Of a stretch of 43,673 nt of DNA, positions 24,141-35,878 are shown piece by piece. The DNA lies in the NCBI GenBank assembly GCA_032718475.1, contig JAUCBJ010008531.1, positions 1 to 43,673 of the forward strand, written 5' to 3'. Below the pieces are notes generated by a model. The model was not told the origin of the DNA. It did no database searches and saw nothing but the letters and a program-made list of their open reading frames with translations. The position numbers were made by a program, and so were the translations under genes. Numbering within the stretch: position 1 is the first letter of the stretch; every line of letters starts with the position of its first letter. This DNA comes from Nemertoderma westbladi. Lineage: Eukaryota; Animalia; Xenacoelomorpha.

Positions 24141-24533
24141 TTAGTGAAGTAATCCCAAACCAATGAGCGACATAATTAAGAGAGTAACAACAGTGGATGT
24201 GATATTGGCTACAGAGTGAGTTATGGTATGAAATGGTTATAAAACCATTAAGAAAAGTGTGAACGCATATTGAGGTCTAACACCTCAATTGGGATCTAAA
24301 CACATCCTCGACAGGCCACTGGTTGACCGACAGAAGGTTCCCTGAGCGAAACCGGAAGTCACATGGGAAGAGAGGTATTCTACTAGAGAGCACCTAAAGG
24401 ATCGTATAAGGGTCTTTCAATTATCTCACACTCCCGACGAAAGATATCCCTCTAGTGACCTTTACTAGAGGAGTTCCCTTACAGTGACATTTAATGTTAG
24501 ACTGATGTCTAACATTAATGACAGTGACTATTG

Positions 24534-25356
24534 ATGATCGACTACGATCAAAGTGAAGACGTTGTTGATGATCTCTTCGACTTTGACAACAAGAAAGACG
24601 CCCTCATTAGTGGCAGTCGCTGTGGAGGTACCCAGTGAAAACCAAAGACGGAGTTCAATGAACCCGAAGGAAGACGGTACAACACCGAACAACGTGGTCG
24701 ATCGCAACGAATCGAATCTACAACGACGAGTTGTGCTACGGCGTCATACGAACTATTAGACGTTACCAGGAAAAGCATAGCGAGTACAAACTTTAACACA
24801 AACTCTAACGAACATGAGCGACACAGATCACCCAACAGAAACATTCATTTCAGCCGAGGGACGTTTCGGGACTGGAATGCAGATATCCAGGACTCCACTC
24901 GATGGCATTATAATCGACGGCTTGGTCAGTGGAATAGAAGTACTCGAGGACTTGATCCAAATGGAGACGCCAATGATACCCCATGAGATCTACGGCGACA
25001 ACGCGGTGTTCGAACAAGGACAGACTGGTGTCTGGGGACCAGTCGAGTGACCAAACCCTCCAGGGGGAAGGAGTGCTCTGTTCCCGGGCACCAGCAGGAA
25101 GTTCCTAACAGTGGGAAACGGGGAGAGCGGGGTTGAGACCCGACCTCTGCTTCCCAGAGACTCCGACTCCATCGGTGGAGCGAGTCTACCTCCTACATTT
25201 AAACAACGACTACTATCGACTAAAAAGATACGATCCTTAACCACCCCAAGAGGAGGATGGCCCCAAAAGGAGGACCGCGAGATAAGTAGATATTTGAGTA
25301 AAATAAACTACCATTTATACAAGGTAACTCAGATAAGCGAACCACATAAAATCTAA
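24534..25356 (+). pseudogene. Unknown decayed coding-like cassette with overlapping frames
   Basis: Frame 24534-25202 is interrupted only by 3 TGA, frame 24814-25356 only by 1 TGA; GC and CpG richer than flanks; no recognised domain. Confidence 0.35.
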
Positions 25357-25765
25357 GCCGTGAGAGGGTAGATTAAGGGTAAAATTAGGGAAGGTGAACT
25401 CTAAGTTTACAGTAGGAGGTCTGCTAATACGAAGTCCTGCTGAGGTGGAAACCGAGGGATTGAATCCCAAGGATTCCATCAGTAAAGTGGATGAGAGTGA
25501 GGGAAGTGTCTGTGAGTCTGACTTTCAATATGTACACTGGTTAAGAAGAGACGAGATTCACTAACATTCACCATGAACTTGTATCCTAAAATCGAAAACA
25601 CACATTTTTGAGCAAAAAACTTTGAAGCCCAAAAAATTGCATTAAATTTAAGTGGCATCCGGCATAGCTGAATTCGCCATGTCTTGAAGTACAAAAATCA
25701 GGTGGATCACAACCATTAACAAAAAATGCCATCTATAGTTATTCGAGAGTTGGCAGGTAGACTAT

Positions 25766-25982
25766 AAGGGGGTGTAAATGCTTCGCCGACAACCGACAAC
25801 CATTATTAAAGCTAATTAATGTTATTTATTAATTGAGGGAAAGGAACAGGTTACAGTGGAAGTTCATTCTAACCAAAACAATAAACGTGAGTCACGAACT
25901 CAGGTTTCATTTTCATATTTGCTGTTGTCGGCAGTGGTTGTCGGGGGTGGTTGTCGGCTGTCGTTTGTCGGCGTAGCGTTTT
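25766..25982. mobile_element. Small MITE-like inverted-repeat element
   Basis: aatgcttcgccgacaaccgacaacc mirrored by ggttgtcggctgtcgtttgtcggcgtagcgttt. Confidence 0.5.
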
Positions 25983-25984
25983 TT

Positions 25985-27335
25985 TTGTTATAACTCTGAA
26001 AAAAAAGCAGTAGCGAATCTGAAATTTTATGACTTTTCCTAAAAATCTATTGTCGTCCTAATAGTGAAAACGGTTTTCAAAAATATTGGGAAGTTTTCGA
26101 GTTATACAGTAGTACCATTTTTTAACCCTATTTTTGGCACGTTGGGACGTTTTTTGAAAATTACATTTCATTAAATATGAATTGTAACATCTCTATTTTT
26201 GATTTACACCGGTTTTTTGGTGTTCGCAATTGGATGGAATTCATATAAATTGATTTAGAATTTCAAACTTGTTTTTTTCGGCGGGTACCAATTTTTGGTG
26301 CCAGCACCAAATTGTGAAATATGTCAATTTTGTAAATTGATTGTTTGAACCTGTTTTTCACGAAATAGTGTTTTTCGGTTCTGTGTGCAAAATTTGGTGC
26401 CAGCACGAAATTTTGAAAATCCATCCAATAATTAAATTGCTTGTGACAACTTATTTCTCACGTTTTAGAGGATTATAGCGGTTCTGAATTCAATGAAATA
26501 AATAATTATCTAACTAGACATCTCAACCTCGTATTTTTCGAGAGTGGGTGCAATATAGTGCTAGCAAATTTTGAAAGCCATCAAATATATCAATTGATTG
26601 TGTTCCCTTGTTTCGTGCGTTATTCGTGGGTTTGTGTGGGTTCTGAATTCAATGGAATAAGTAAGAATTGCATAAGAGTTTTCTAACTTGTATTTTTCGC
26701 CGGTGGGTAAAAATTGTTGTACCAGCACCAAATTTTTGAAAATAAGCAAATTGATCAATAGAGAGTATCATCTTTTGTCTTGCGTGATACGGGTTTTTGA
26801 GGGTCCTGAATCGGATGGAATCAATAAAAACAGCACTGGGCATCTCAAACTTGTAATTTTTGGTGATGGGTAGGAAACTGAAAATGGTGTGTTCAACTGA
26901 AAATTGCTGGTTTCTTTTTTTTCAACATTTTTTGCCTACTTAGAGGACTAAAACTACCATTTATAGAAATCAGATCATTTTTAAATATTTTCAAATGGAT
27001 TTTGCGCCCCAGAATACCTGTATTGAAAAAAACAATTAGCCGAAAATTGTAACTTTCAAATTTTGTGAAAATTGTTCATTACTTGTAATTTTGGTGCTGC
27101 AAAATAATCACACCATTTATAGGTGTGATCACAAAGGTTATAGGGTTAATAGCTGTTCATTGTGCTCATAAAATTCTCCTTAAAAGTAGCTTTCGAATGA
27201 TATATGTTAATAGATTTTGAAACAAAAAATTTTTGACGAAAATCCCAACCTAATTTTGGCCACTTTTAGTGATTTTGACCCGTTATGTAAAAATTTTTAC
27301 CGGTTGGTACAAACACACCGACCTTTAAGGTAAGG
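25985..27335. mobile_element. Probable non-autonomous DNA transposon with diverged internal repeats
   Basis: Recurrent aatttttggtgccagcaccaaatt and ggttctgaattcaatg motifs; no ORF; termini unresolved. Confidence 0.35.
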
Positions 27336-27349
27336 TTTTTTAAATAACA

Positions 27350-27850
27350 TGCTTCACAATAAATAAATATAATTCGTAATTATTGGTTACTCAAGCTTCT
27401 ACTTATATTATAATTAAATTAGCAATATTCCTGTTTTAAAAGGTGGTTTTAAGTCGGGATTTGAATAAAGTTAGTCCTGTTCCCGCGTGCCGTACAACTC
27501 TTGGGAGGGAGTTCCAGATAGTCGGAGTAGCGATCGAGATTGCGCGTTTTCCGTAATTATTTAGTTTATATTTTGGTACAAACCCTTGTTGCGCCGATCG
27601 CAGGGCGCGGCTCGGATTGCATTGTTCTCATTTATCAACTAATCTAAATGCAATATATATCTGCGGCCATTCGCATAGATACAAATAGTAAGAAAGACCA
27701 TGCTTGCGTATTATATGTGAGTTTTGAACGCGAGTATATCGCAAATAGGAGCGGCCCGAGAACAGAGCCCCCATGTAGCCCAGAACGTAGATCCATTGAT
27801 ATTCAATAGATGGTATTATGATGGTATGTAACAGCACTGGCTGGTTAAAA
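27350..27850 (-). mobile_element. L2/CR1-group LINE 3' fragment
   Basis: PSRALRSAQQGFVPKYKLNNYGKRAISIATPTIWNSLPRVVR...LFKSRLKTTF is the characteristic ORF2 C-terminus (GxRAFS..AP..WNSLP...FKxxLKT). Confidence 0.85.
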
Positions 27851-28679
27851 TAAAATTAGCAATTATTTCGAAAAATCGAAAGGCATTTAATACAATATCA
27901 TAAAACAGCACCCTAACAAGCAATGAATAACATATATTAGTAGATCTAAATTTAGGTCTAATGCTGTATAAAACATATTATGAGTTAAATAGGACGGTTT
28001 ATTGATTGATTCAGTAATATTCGGAAATAAATAATAGTTAAAAATGTGTGAGAAGCTTAGTAAACTGTGCTAAAAAATAAGGAATTCCTTATTTAATTAA
28101 CAGTGTAAGATTACTTTTTTTTTAATGTAATATTAATATAAATGTAAAAACAAAGTACTAGAATGCACTAAATGTGATAATAATAATATCAAAATAATAA
28201 GAAAGTTAAAAGAGTGACACAATCCTGCTGTAACACAATATTACTCATATAATAATTATTAATGCAGCACATAAATAAGCCAGAATTTCTTTGCACAAAA
28301 AATGCTCAGGTTATACAGGTTATTAGACTACCGGTACTCAGAAACAAGGAAAACATTGTTTGACAATATAGTTCTCCCTACTGTTGTGGCACAATCAAAT
28401 TAATATTAACCAATTTTTATTCGTTGGTTACTAAAACTGACATTGACTGTGTCAATTTCATATAAATACCACAGCGCAGAAATAAGGCTTGGGAGCCCTC
28501 ACGTTGTTGTTCTCATTGTGTACATATTGGAGAGTAACAAATAACTGGAATAGGCCTTATACGAAGGAAAAATAACGATATCCGTTACATTATATATTAA
28601 TTCTGAGTAAATATATAAAGAATGGAGGTTGTGACGTATTTTTTCCGGAGGAGACAAACTGGATTCATTACATATCTCC

Positions 28680-29340
28680 TTCACATCGCAAACGGGCTGA
28701 TCATGCCGGCGATAAATATGTCCAGCTGGCTTAACGTGGTGCAATAGTAGGGTGAAGCTGGGTTTTGGCAATGATATGAAAGAATATCGTTCGGCAACAC
28801 ATTGCATATACGCGGTATATATACGCTGCATATATACGCGACATATATTCGACATTCTGTACCCTGCGTAACATTATATATCATCCAGAGAAAATGTGTC
28901 CTCAGTCCGTAGCCCAGCATGGATGGATAATTGACAGTTCAGCACAGGCTGCACTACTGCATGGAAATGATGCACCTTCAAGGAGCTTCTTGTTACTTAT
29001 CTGGGTTGATACCAGATCTTCGACAACTGGTTCATAACAAACTGTGGTTTCCCTCATGGAATCTGCCTAACTCGTTTTCCCTTCGTGGAATATGCCTAAC
29101 TCATCAACAAAATGACACAAATCGTCCATATGATCTACAGATCCATCCAAATAAGTAATGTTATGTAATTATATAATATATAACATCTACGGCTCCTTCT
29201 ATTAGCTGTGAACATCTGAATCCCTCCAATATATCCGAAAGAGCACTGATGTCGTCAGTAAAGTCGTTATCTGTAACATGTTTCCCCGGTGATCCACGCT
29301 ATCTGCTACCTGTTGCACTGTGTAGATTGTGTATCACAAC
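28680..29340 (-). mobile_element. Old RTE-like LINE RT/3' fragment
   Basis: PGKHVTDNDFTDDISALSD (decayed DFADD), VMNQLSKIW...LKVHHFHAVVQPVL, KPAGHIYRRHDQPV. Confidence 0.7.
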
Positions 29341-30077
29341 CCCATTGAATCGGATTAGTATGATGTCCAAGGAAGTCCGAAGAACTGTCCACCACGATGA
29401 TGTAGAGGAATTATATAATAATAGTAGAGTAAAAATATAATATATCCCTTATTTTTGATTCTAGAGTTATCATATGGAGCCTTTTCGTTTGAACTTTGGA
29501 ATAAGACTAAATACGTTAATGATGTAAATTAATATTGTAAAGCTTTATAATTCTCGTGTCTATATCTATCACTATCACTACGTTCCTTCGTTTAACAGCC
29601 AAAACCCAATAAAAATTTAATTTGTATAAAGTTGAAACTGTAAAATAAGGCCTATACAATACAGGCCTTATTAAATTGTATGTAGGCCTATATTGTAATA
29701 TCGACCTACAATTGACAAACGAGGCCTACTTATTGTTTGTATTAACAAAATACAATATAAATAAAGTTGAAAATAATAATTAATTATCATTAAAGGCCTT
29801 CAACAACACAAATAATTGGTACTTTTTTTATTTAATAATAATATTAATAATAAGTGAAAATATATAGAATTTAATCAAAAATAAAATTAAAAGACGTTGG
29901 TAGGATAACTGAAAAAAGAGAACACTGCTAAACTGTAGTAAATAAATTACATAGGCCTTAGGTCTAATATATAAAAAAAAATAATTTACAAGCAATTATT
30001 AGTAAACTGTGTGACAAAACAGCCGTCTGATTATTTATCAGCATTTTGAAAAATTGTGTAATATCGGTATGACACAG

Positions 30078-30148
30078 TATTGTTGTCGCTGATACCAGAA
30101 CAATAGCTAGTTATTGTTGTCGCTGATACCAGAACAATAGCTAGTTAT
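30078..30148. repeat. About 35-bp tandem duplication
   Basis: tattgttgtcgctgataccagaacaatagctagt occurs twice. Confidence 0.85.
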
Positions 30149-30829
30149 TCGTTCATTTGCAATCAGCTACAACTATACGCTGGAAATTTAAAACTACCTA
30201 AAAACTCAATGGTTATAATATTATTTAGTAAATTCACTTGAAACAAAATGATAACATAAATTAATAATATATCTGCCGATAGATGTATATTATTTTTTTA
30301 TGAAAGTAGAATTTATCTACTTTTATAAAATTATGGGAGAAGAAAAGAAAGAAATGGTTGGATAGATAGAGCGTGTTCTCCCTTGGGAGTATGTGTGGTT
30401 CCCTCCCTGCGTTTAGGTAACAACTAAGAGTCTCTTCGGTTTGCCCCCGGTGTTTCGTGATTCACCAATCACTTTATACTTTATTTTACTTTACAGTCCC
30501 TAGTCCCATAATAGACCGTCCCGGCCACACGAAGGATACTGTTATACGCGGTGTCTAAGAGGGAATCTAATAGATATTGTTCCAATATTTCTGGGAATTG
30601 CAATTAATTCACAGCAGATTTATGTTTATATGTGAGTTCCTGCCTCAATACTTATAATATTTGCAATGAACAATTTGCTTATTTTTGACTGGGGCAAACC
30701 GAAGTTGTATCTCTTTTGGCAGTTACCTGAAAGGCATGGAGGGCGCCGCACTAACTCCCAAAGTTGAACACGCGCTAACTCTCCAGTATCCAACCCTTTT
30801 CTTTACTCCGCGTGTTACGAAATTGTTAC

Positions 30830-30906
30830 TAACACGGATTTGGATCGAACTAGAGACCTCTCAGCTAAAAGCAACCGAATTGCAAATTGTAAATATCAAC
30901 TACGCT
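30830..30906 (-). mobile_element. Possible decayed tRNA-derived SINE head
   Basis: Minus strand agcgtagttga...gaggtctctagttcgatcc resembles A and B boxes. Confidence 0.3.
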
Positions 30907-31485
30907 GTTGCAAAATTTAAAAATTTGTATCTCAAGTTACAATTTATTTGACATGAGTTACAATAACAATAGTTAAATTAATTATTTATCAAAAATAACT
31001 GCTACTAGCGAGCGGTGTACTTGATTTCATACTCATCAACTGATTAAGAAGTACCAGTATCGGTACCAGTACCGGTACCGGTACCAGTACCAGTATCATA
31101 CCGACTGCCAGCAGCTGATAACTATAACTCAAATGCATCCGAATAAAAGCAGTTTAAAAAAAATATTATTAATATTATATAAATTATTAAATGAAAATAA
31201 AATTTAAATAAACGTTTATTGTTTTTGACACAGTTATATAAACAGACAGCGATTTTTAAATAGTATACAATCTATATATCCAATTAAAATTATTCCGTAA
31301 AAACGAATCATAATATGATGTATTTAAATAAAGAATTTAAATAATGGTTGAATAATTAAAATTAAAAAAAATATACAGATTTATTTACTTAAAACATTAT
31401 CGTACGGTTCATTTTATATTCTATACAAAAAGAACTGCCTAATTACATCGTTCTAGGGGATAATCACTGTGAACACAAGATGGCG

Positions 31486-31767
31486 CTAAATCTGACAATC
31501 TGGTAGCGACACTTCTTTGCATTTATTAATACGATCGAAGGGGTTTTTGTACAAGATCCACTTCTCAAAGGTGTTGGTGGGTTCTCGGAACTCGGGAACT
31601 TTGTGTTCCAGACGCAGTTTGTCCCAGTCCGCTCGGCCGGGCTCGTACTCGAGGAATGGGATTCGTCTGAAGAATCGTATACTCGCGACTACCGGTATCC
31701 ATATGGTGACCCCCAGGGTAAGTAGAGCGCAGGTAAACTGGGCCCACGGTGGATGGGACACTTGCAC
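31486..31767 (-). CDS. SLC6 sodium-dependent transporter (neutral amino acid SLC6A15/17/19-like), terminal exon (TM12 and C-tail)
   Basis: Acceptor ttcag at 31768, phase 0; HPPWAQFTCALLTLGVTIWIP matches the YPxW...IP TM12 pattern; TAG stop; minus-strand AATAAA at 31380-31385 and 31215-31220. Confidence 0.88.
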   Translation of the reverse strand: MQVSHPPWAQFTCALLTLGVTIWIPVVASIRFFRRIPFLEYEPGRADWDKLRLEHKVPEFREPTNTFEKWILYKNPFDRINKCKEVSLPDCQI

Positions 31768-32249
31768 CTGAATTATAACCGTACATGTTATATTAATAAC
31801 GTTTCCACAAGTAATTATTTACATCACTGTGAGAAAAATAGCAATCTTTAGGGTTGTGACCCGAGTGCATTTATGTACCGAGCGAGCGATTGAGGTTTAC
31901 ATAAATAAGAAAGGGTCTTACTGAATAGTGTCCTCATATAAAATGATTCATACTGTACTATGGTATTCAGTAGGAAGATTGGCGAGAACTAACGTGTCTT
32001 TCACGCAATCAAATTAATCCCTCTCGCTCGGGGGTGGGGAAATAACAACTGATTACTCACAAAAATGAAACTTTATCCAGTTCTAATGACTTTAGTTCAT
32101 TGTATTGGTTAAAATAAAGTACCACAGTAACCTGTTCCTTTCCCTTAATTATTGTTTAATAATTAAGATTAATACGAGATTAATTCACCGAGGTGGGATT
32201 TGCGTCAAGTCCGTGGTCTCAATTAATGATACACGGACAGGAAAAGTTT

Positions 32250-32900
32250 GCTACCCTCCAAGCAAACCTCCTGGCACAAACTCCCAATCCTCTGTGCTAC
32301 CCTCCCTGGCACAAACTCCCCAATCCTCTTTGCTACCCTCCCTGGCACAAACTCCCCAATCATCTGTGCTACCCTCCCTGCCACAAACTCCCCAATCCTC
32401 TTTGCTACCCTCCCTGGCACAAACTCCCAAATCCTCTTTGCTACCCTCCCTGGCACAAACTCCCCAATCATCTGTGCTACCCTCCCTGGCACAAACTCCC
32501 CAATCATCTGTGCTACCCTCCCTGGCACAAACTCCCCAATCCTCTTTGCTACCCTCCCTGGCACAAACTCCCCAATCCTCTTTGCTACCCTCCCTGGCAC
32601 AAACTCCCCAATCCGCTGTGCTACCCTCCCTGGCACAAACTCCCCAATCCTCTGTGCTACCCTCCCTGGCACAAACTCCCCAATCCTCTTTGCTACCCTC
32701 CCTGGCACAAACTCCCCAATCCTCTTTGCTACCCTCCCTGGCACAAACTCCCCAATCCTCTTTGCTACCCTCCCTGGCACAAACTCCCCAATCCTCTTTG
32801 CTACCCTCCCTGGCACAAACTCCCCAATCCGCTGTGCTACCCTCCCTGGCACAAACTCATCTGTGCTACCCTCCCTGGCACAAACCCCCAATCCTCTGTG
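32250..32900. repeat. 36-bp minisatellite, about 18 copies, in the last SLC6 intron
   Basis: Unit ctaccctccctggcacaaactccccaatcctctttg. Confidence 0.95.
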
Positions 32901-34226
32901 CTGTATCTGTTATAACAGTAGGCCTAGTTTGTTCCTCAACTTTATAAAATCATTATTAATCCATTAAATTAATGCGCTGACACGCCGACTTCTGGGACTG
33001 GAGTCTCATTATATTAATTGTTGTTTTGGAATATTAGGTAGGCCTAATATTAAAACCAACGTTTAAAAACAGAGTAGAGTTAATTACATTTGGAAAAGGA
33101 GGCGGCGTAAACATGGCAAATAACTATATAATATTTATATAACTACATATATTTAAATGACTTGCAGTGTCAGTTTCATTGTTACTAAATACGCGATATA
33201 GTTACAATTTGTACACAAGGAAGTGGGAGTTGGCGCGGCGCATCATAATAAATGTGATTAACTACAGTGACTATATACAGGGAATTCTATAAATCTATGC
33301 CCCGGGATATACAAAAGAATCAATAACAATAACGCCACGATTCGATGAACTCAACACACTAAGGAGCGTCGGGACGTGATTCTAACCGCAACACCACGAA
33401 GTTCGTCGATTTATATACAAGAAACACGAGTCTTAATTAATTAAAACAAGAGTCGCACCCAAAATGTAACATGACTCTCCTTGCGCAAATCAAAAGGGAT
33501 TAAAACCTAAAGCAGTCAACTAGGTTAAAGGAATGAATCGAACTCCATCCAATATTTGATGGATTTTCACACGTAAAACGGAGCGAACTTCTTCGAAGTT
33601 ACTCGCTTCAGCGGCCATTCTCCAGTCCGTTACGTACTAAAGGCGCGCGATAAAGGTTTATGTCCTCGCTCCCTTGGGAGCTCTCTCCAGGACCACTAAC
33701 AAACTTATCTCCCCAGTCACAATGAATAGGACGCATCTGCACGGAATACGCGATGTTGACAGCGTAAAACCTCGTCCTCCCATAGTTGAGTTGGACGAAC
33801 TGAGAGCGCGCTAGTTAATCTAATATATTTAGTAAAATCCCGGCGATTTTAGAGTTTTGATTGAATTGTGGCAAGGAACTGGTTGCTTGGACGTAATGTA
33901 TCTCTCAGTAAATCAACTAGTACCTAACGCCATCTAGAGTTTCTTTATTGAATGTAAAACATTCCGGTTAATTTCAACATAAATTGTTATTCCGATTGTA
34001 CCCTCTGGTAAACTGACGTTCAGTCATATATAATAATACTCTGGGAGCGGTTGAGTTGTGCGCTATTTCGTCTGCTACAGACAATCGAAGCGAACCTTCG
34101 TCTGTTCCTTATACATACTTATACACTATGAGACCACTCGTCCCGAAAATAAATACAAAATGAAGCAATGGTGCCAAAATAGAACGCTCCCAATAGCGTC
34201 ACACCCACCCCACTCCCACAACTCAC

Positions 34227-34398
34227 CTGTTTGGCGGCCTCCGAACTCCAAGAAGCGTACTCACTCCCGTCAGTTATCATGGACACAATACTGAACCCCA
34301 GAACGACTATCATAATGGACGGGGATACGAACTTCCACATAATAATCCAAAAATAGTTGGGTCGATAGCCGATCATCATGTGAAAGTCGTCGCAGAAT
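34227..34398 (-). CDS. SLC6 transporter, penultimate exon (TM11)
   Basis: Acceptor tttcag|A completes the phase-2 Arg codon: RFCDDFHMMIGYRPNYFWIIMWKFVSP...Y..W; donor CAG|GTGAGT at 34226. Confidence 0.93.
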
Positions 34399-35245
34399 CT
34401 GAAATGCGAGAGAAACAACGAATGAGTTACGGACATCTGAAACTCGATAAATTAATAAAACTCCAATCGAGATTCACGGTTAATAAAGTTACAGACGCTA
34501 CAGGCATTCTCATTGCATTCAAAGGAAGTTGAATGGAATGCTTAGATACAAAGTACAGTGATTCCTTTTCAGGGTAAGGTTCATTGAGAATAAATTCAAA
34601 TGCCGTTAATGACATTTGATTGATCATTGAAGATTGAACATAAAAGCTGTGGGTTAGATGGAACCCCAGGACGTCAATCGGTCACACTTAGTGCCTAGCC
34701 CCGAATGCCTCTTCCTCCTTGTCAAGTTTAACTAATTATCAAGCTTTGCACACTAAATGGTTTTTTATGAACTTTAAATTCTCATGGACGTCCCGTGTAC
34801 AAAGTTTACTCATTATTAAACAGACAGGGAAGAAAACATAGAAATGTTAAGGTTATCATTCGTGTCGTGAGTTAGATAATGTACAGGTGACGATACAGGA
34901 TACAGCACCACAAACTTGTGTCAATCACGTGTTGATGACTGGCTTTCGCGTGCGTATATAAAACATTTCTTAAGAATTTGAAAAGCCAGTAAGGTATTCA
35001 TTGATTTGGGGTGGGTTTGATGGGGTGGGTTATATCGAAGCGATCAAAATTCAAATCTGCAGGTGAAAAGCGACACAAATATTAGCCGTTGGAAGTCCAA
35101 AATGAAACTTATTGGAAATGCAATTTGCGGTTTTGCATTTCGTTTACTGTTTGGAATAAGGGGCCACTGTTCTTGCTCCTTTCCTTTACTTTCCTTTAAT
35201 TGATAATAAACTTACCCATTAATATAATAACATATAACGTAATAT

Positions 35246-35276
<31 letters not shown>

Positions 35277-35357
35277 TACCACAGACCTCTATATATGTTC
35301 TGTTTCGACGGACTAAATCGCAGTTCTATTCACACTAAATTAGATAAAACGCGTTAC

Positions 35358-35392
<35 letters not shown>
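35246..35392. repeat. C29 ... G33 inverted homopolymer pair with 85-bp spacer
   Basis: C run 35246-35274 and G run 35360-35392. Confidence 0.9.
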
Positions 35393-35878
35393 CGTATATG
35401 ACTAACCCCCTGCTGTGGGCCATATGACTGACTACTTTATACAAAAAGCAACGATTCAAGATAAAAATAATCCTACAGTATTTTATTCAAAGTTACTACA
35501 AAGTTGATAAGACACCATGATGCGGCAAATAAAGAATCATATCAAATTGAAAAGAAGTTACTGCAGAGTTACAAAGCTTGTTTAAAAATGACAGAGGAAC
35601 AAAACATATTATTCAATAAATCATCCCTAAATCATCCTTTTCAGTTGCGGTGAATTTGCACCACCATCTGGTAAGATCCCAGGTATGAACATCAACAAGT
35701 TTCACTTCGCAAAATCTTCCGAATTTAGTTGGGATATACTCGAATTAGTTTCATAATAGTATAAATAGTATATATACAACATGTGATAAACGTTTAGAAT
35801 TTTCCATAAAGTTGGCATGTCCGCAACCTCGACACAAATCAAACGTAATTTTTCAGGGAGGTTACAAGTCGACATTGA

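Noticed and set aside
32105-32967. 220-280-aa repetitive ORFs in four frames
   Set aside because: A 36-bp stop-free minisatellite within an intron; being open in many frames argues against coding
33250-34080. Possible LTR-like insertion in the last SLC6 intron (CpG-richer, TATA- and initiator-like motifs on the minus strand)
   Set aside because: No pair of TG...CA ends with a matching TSD could be found
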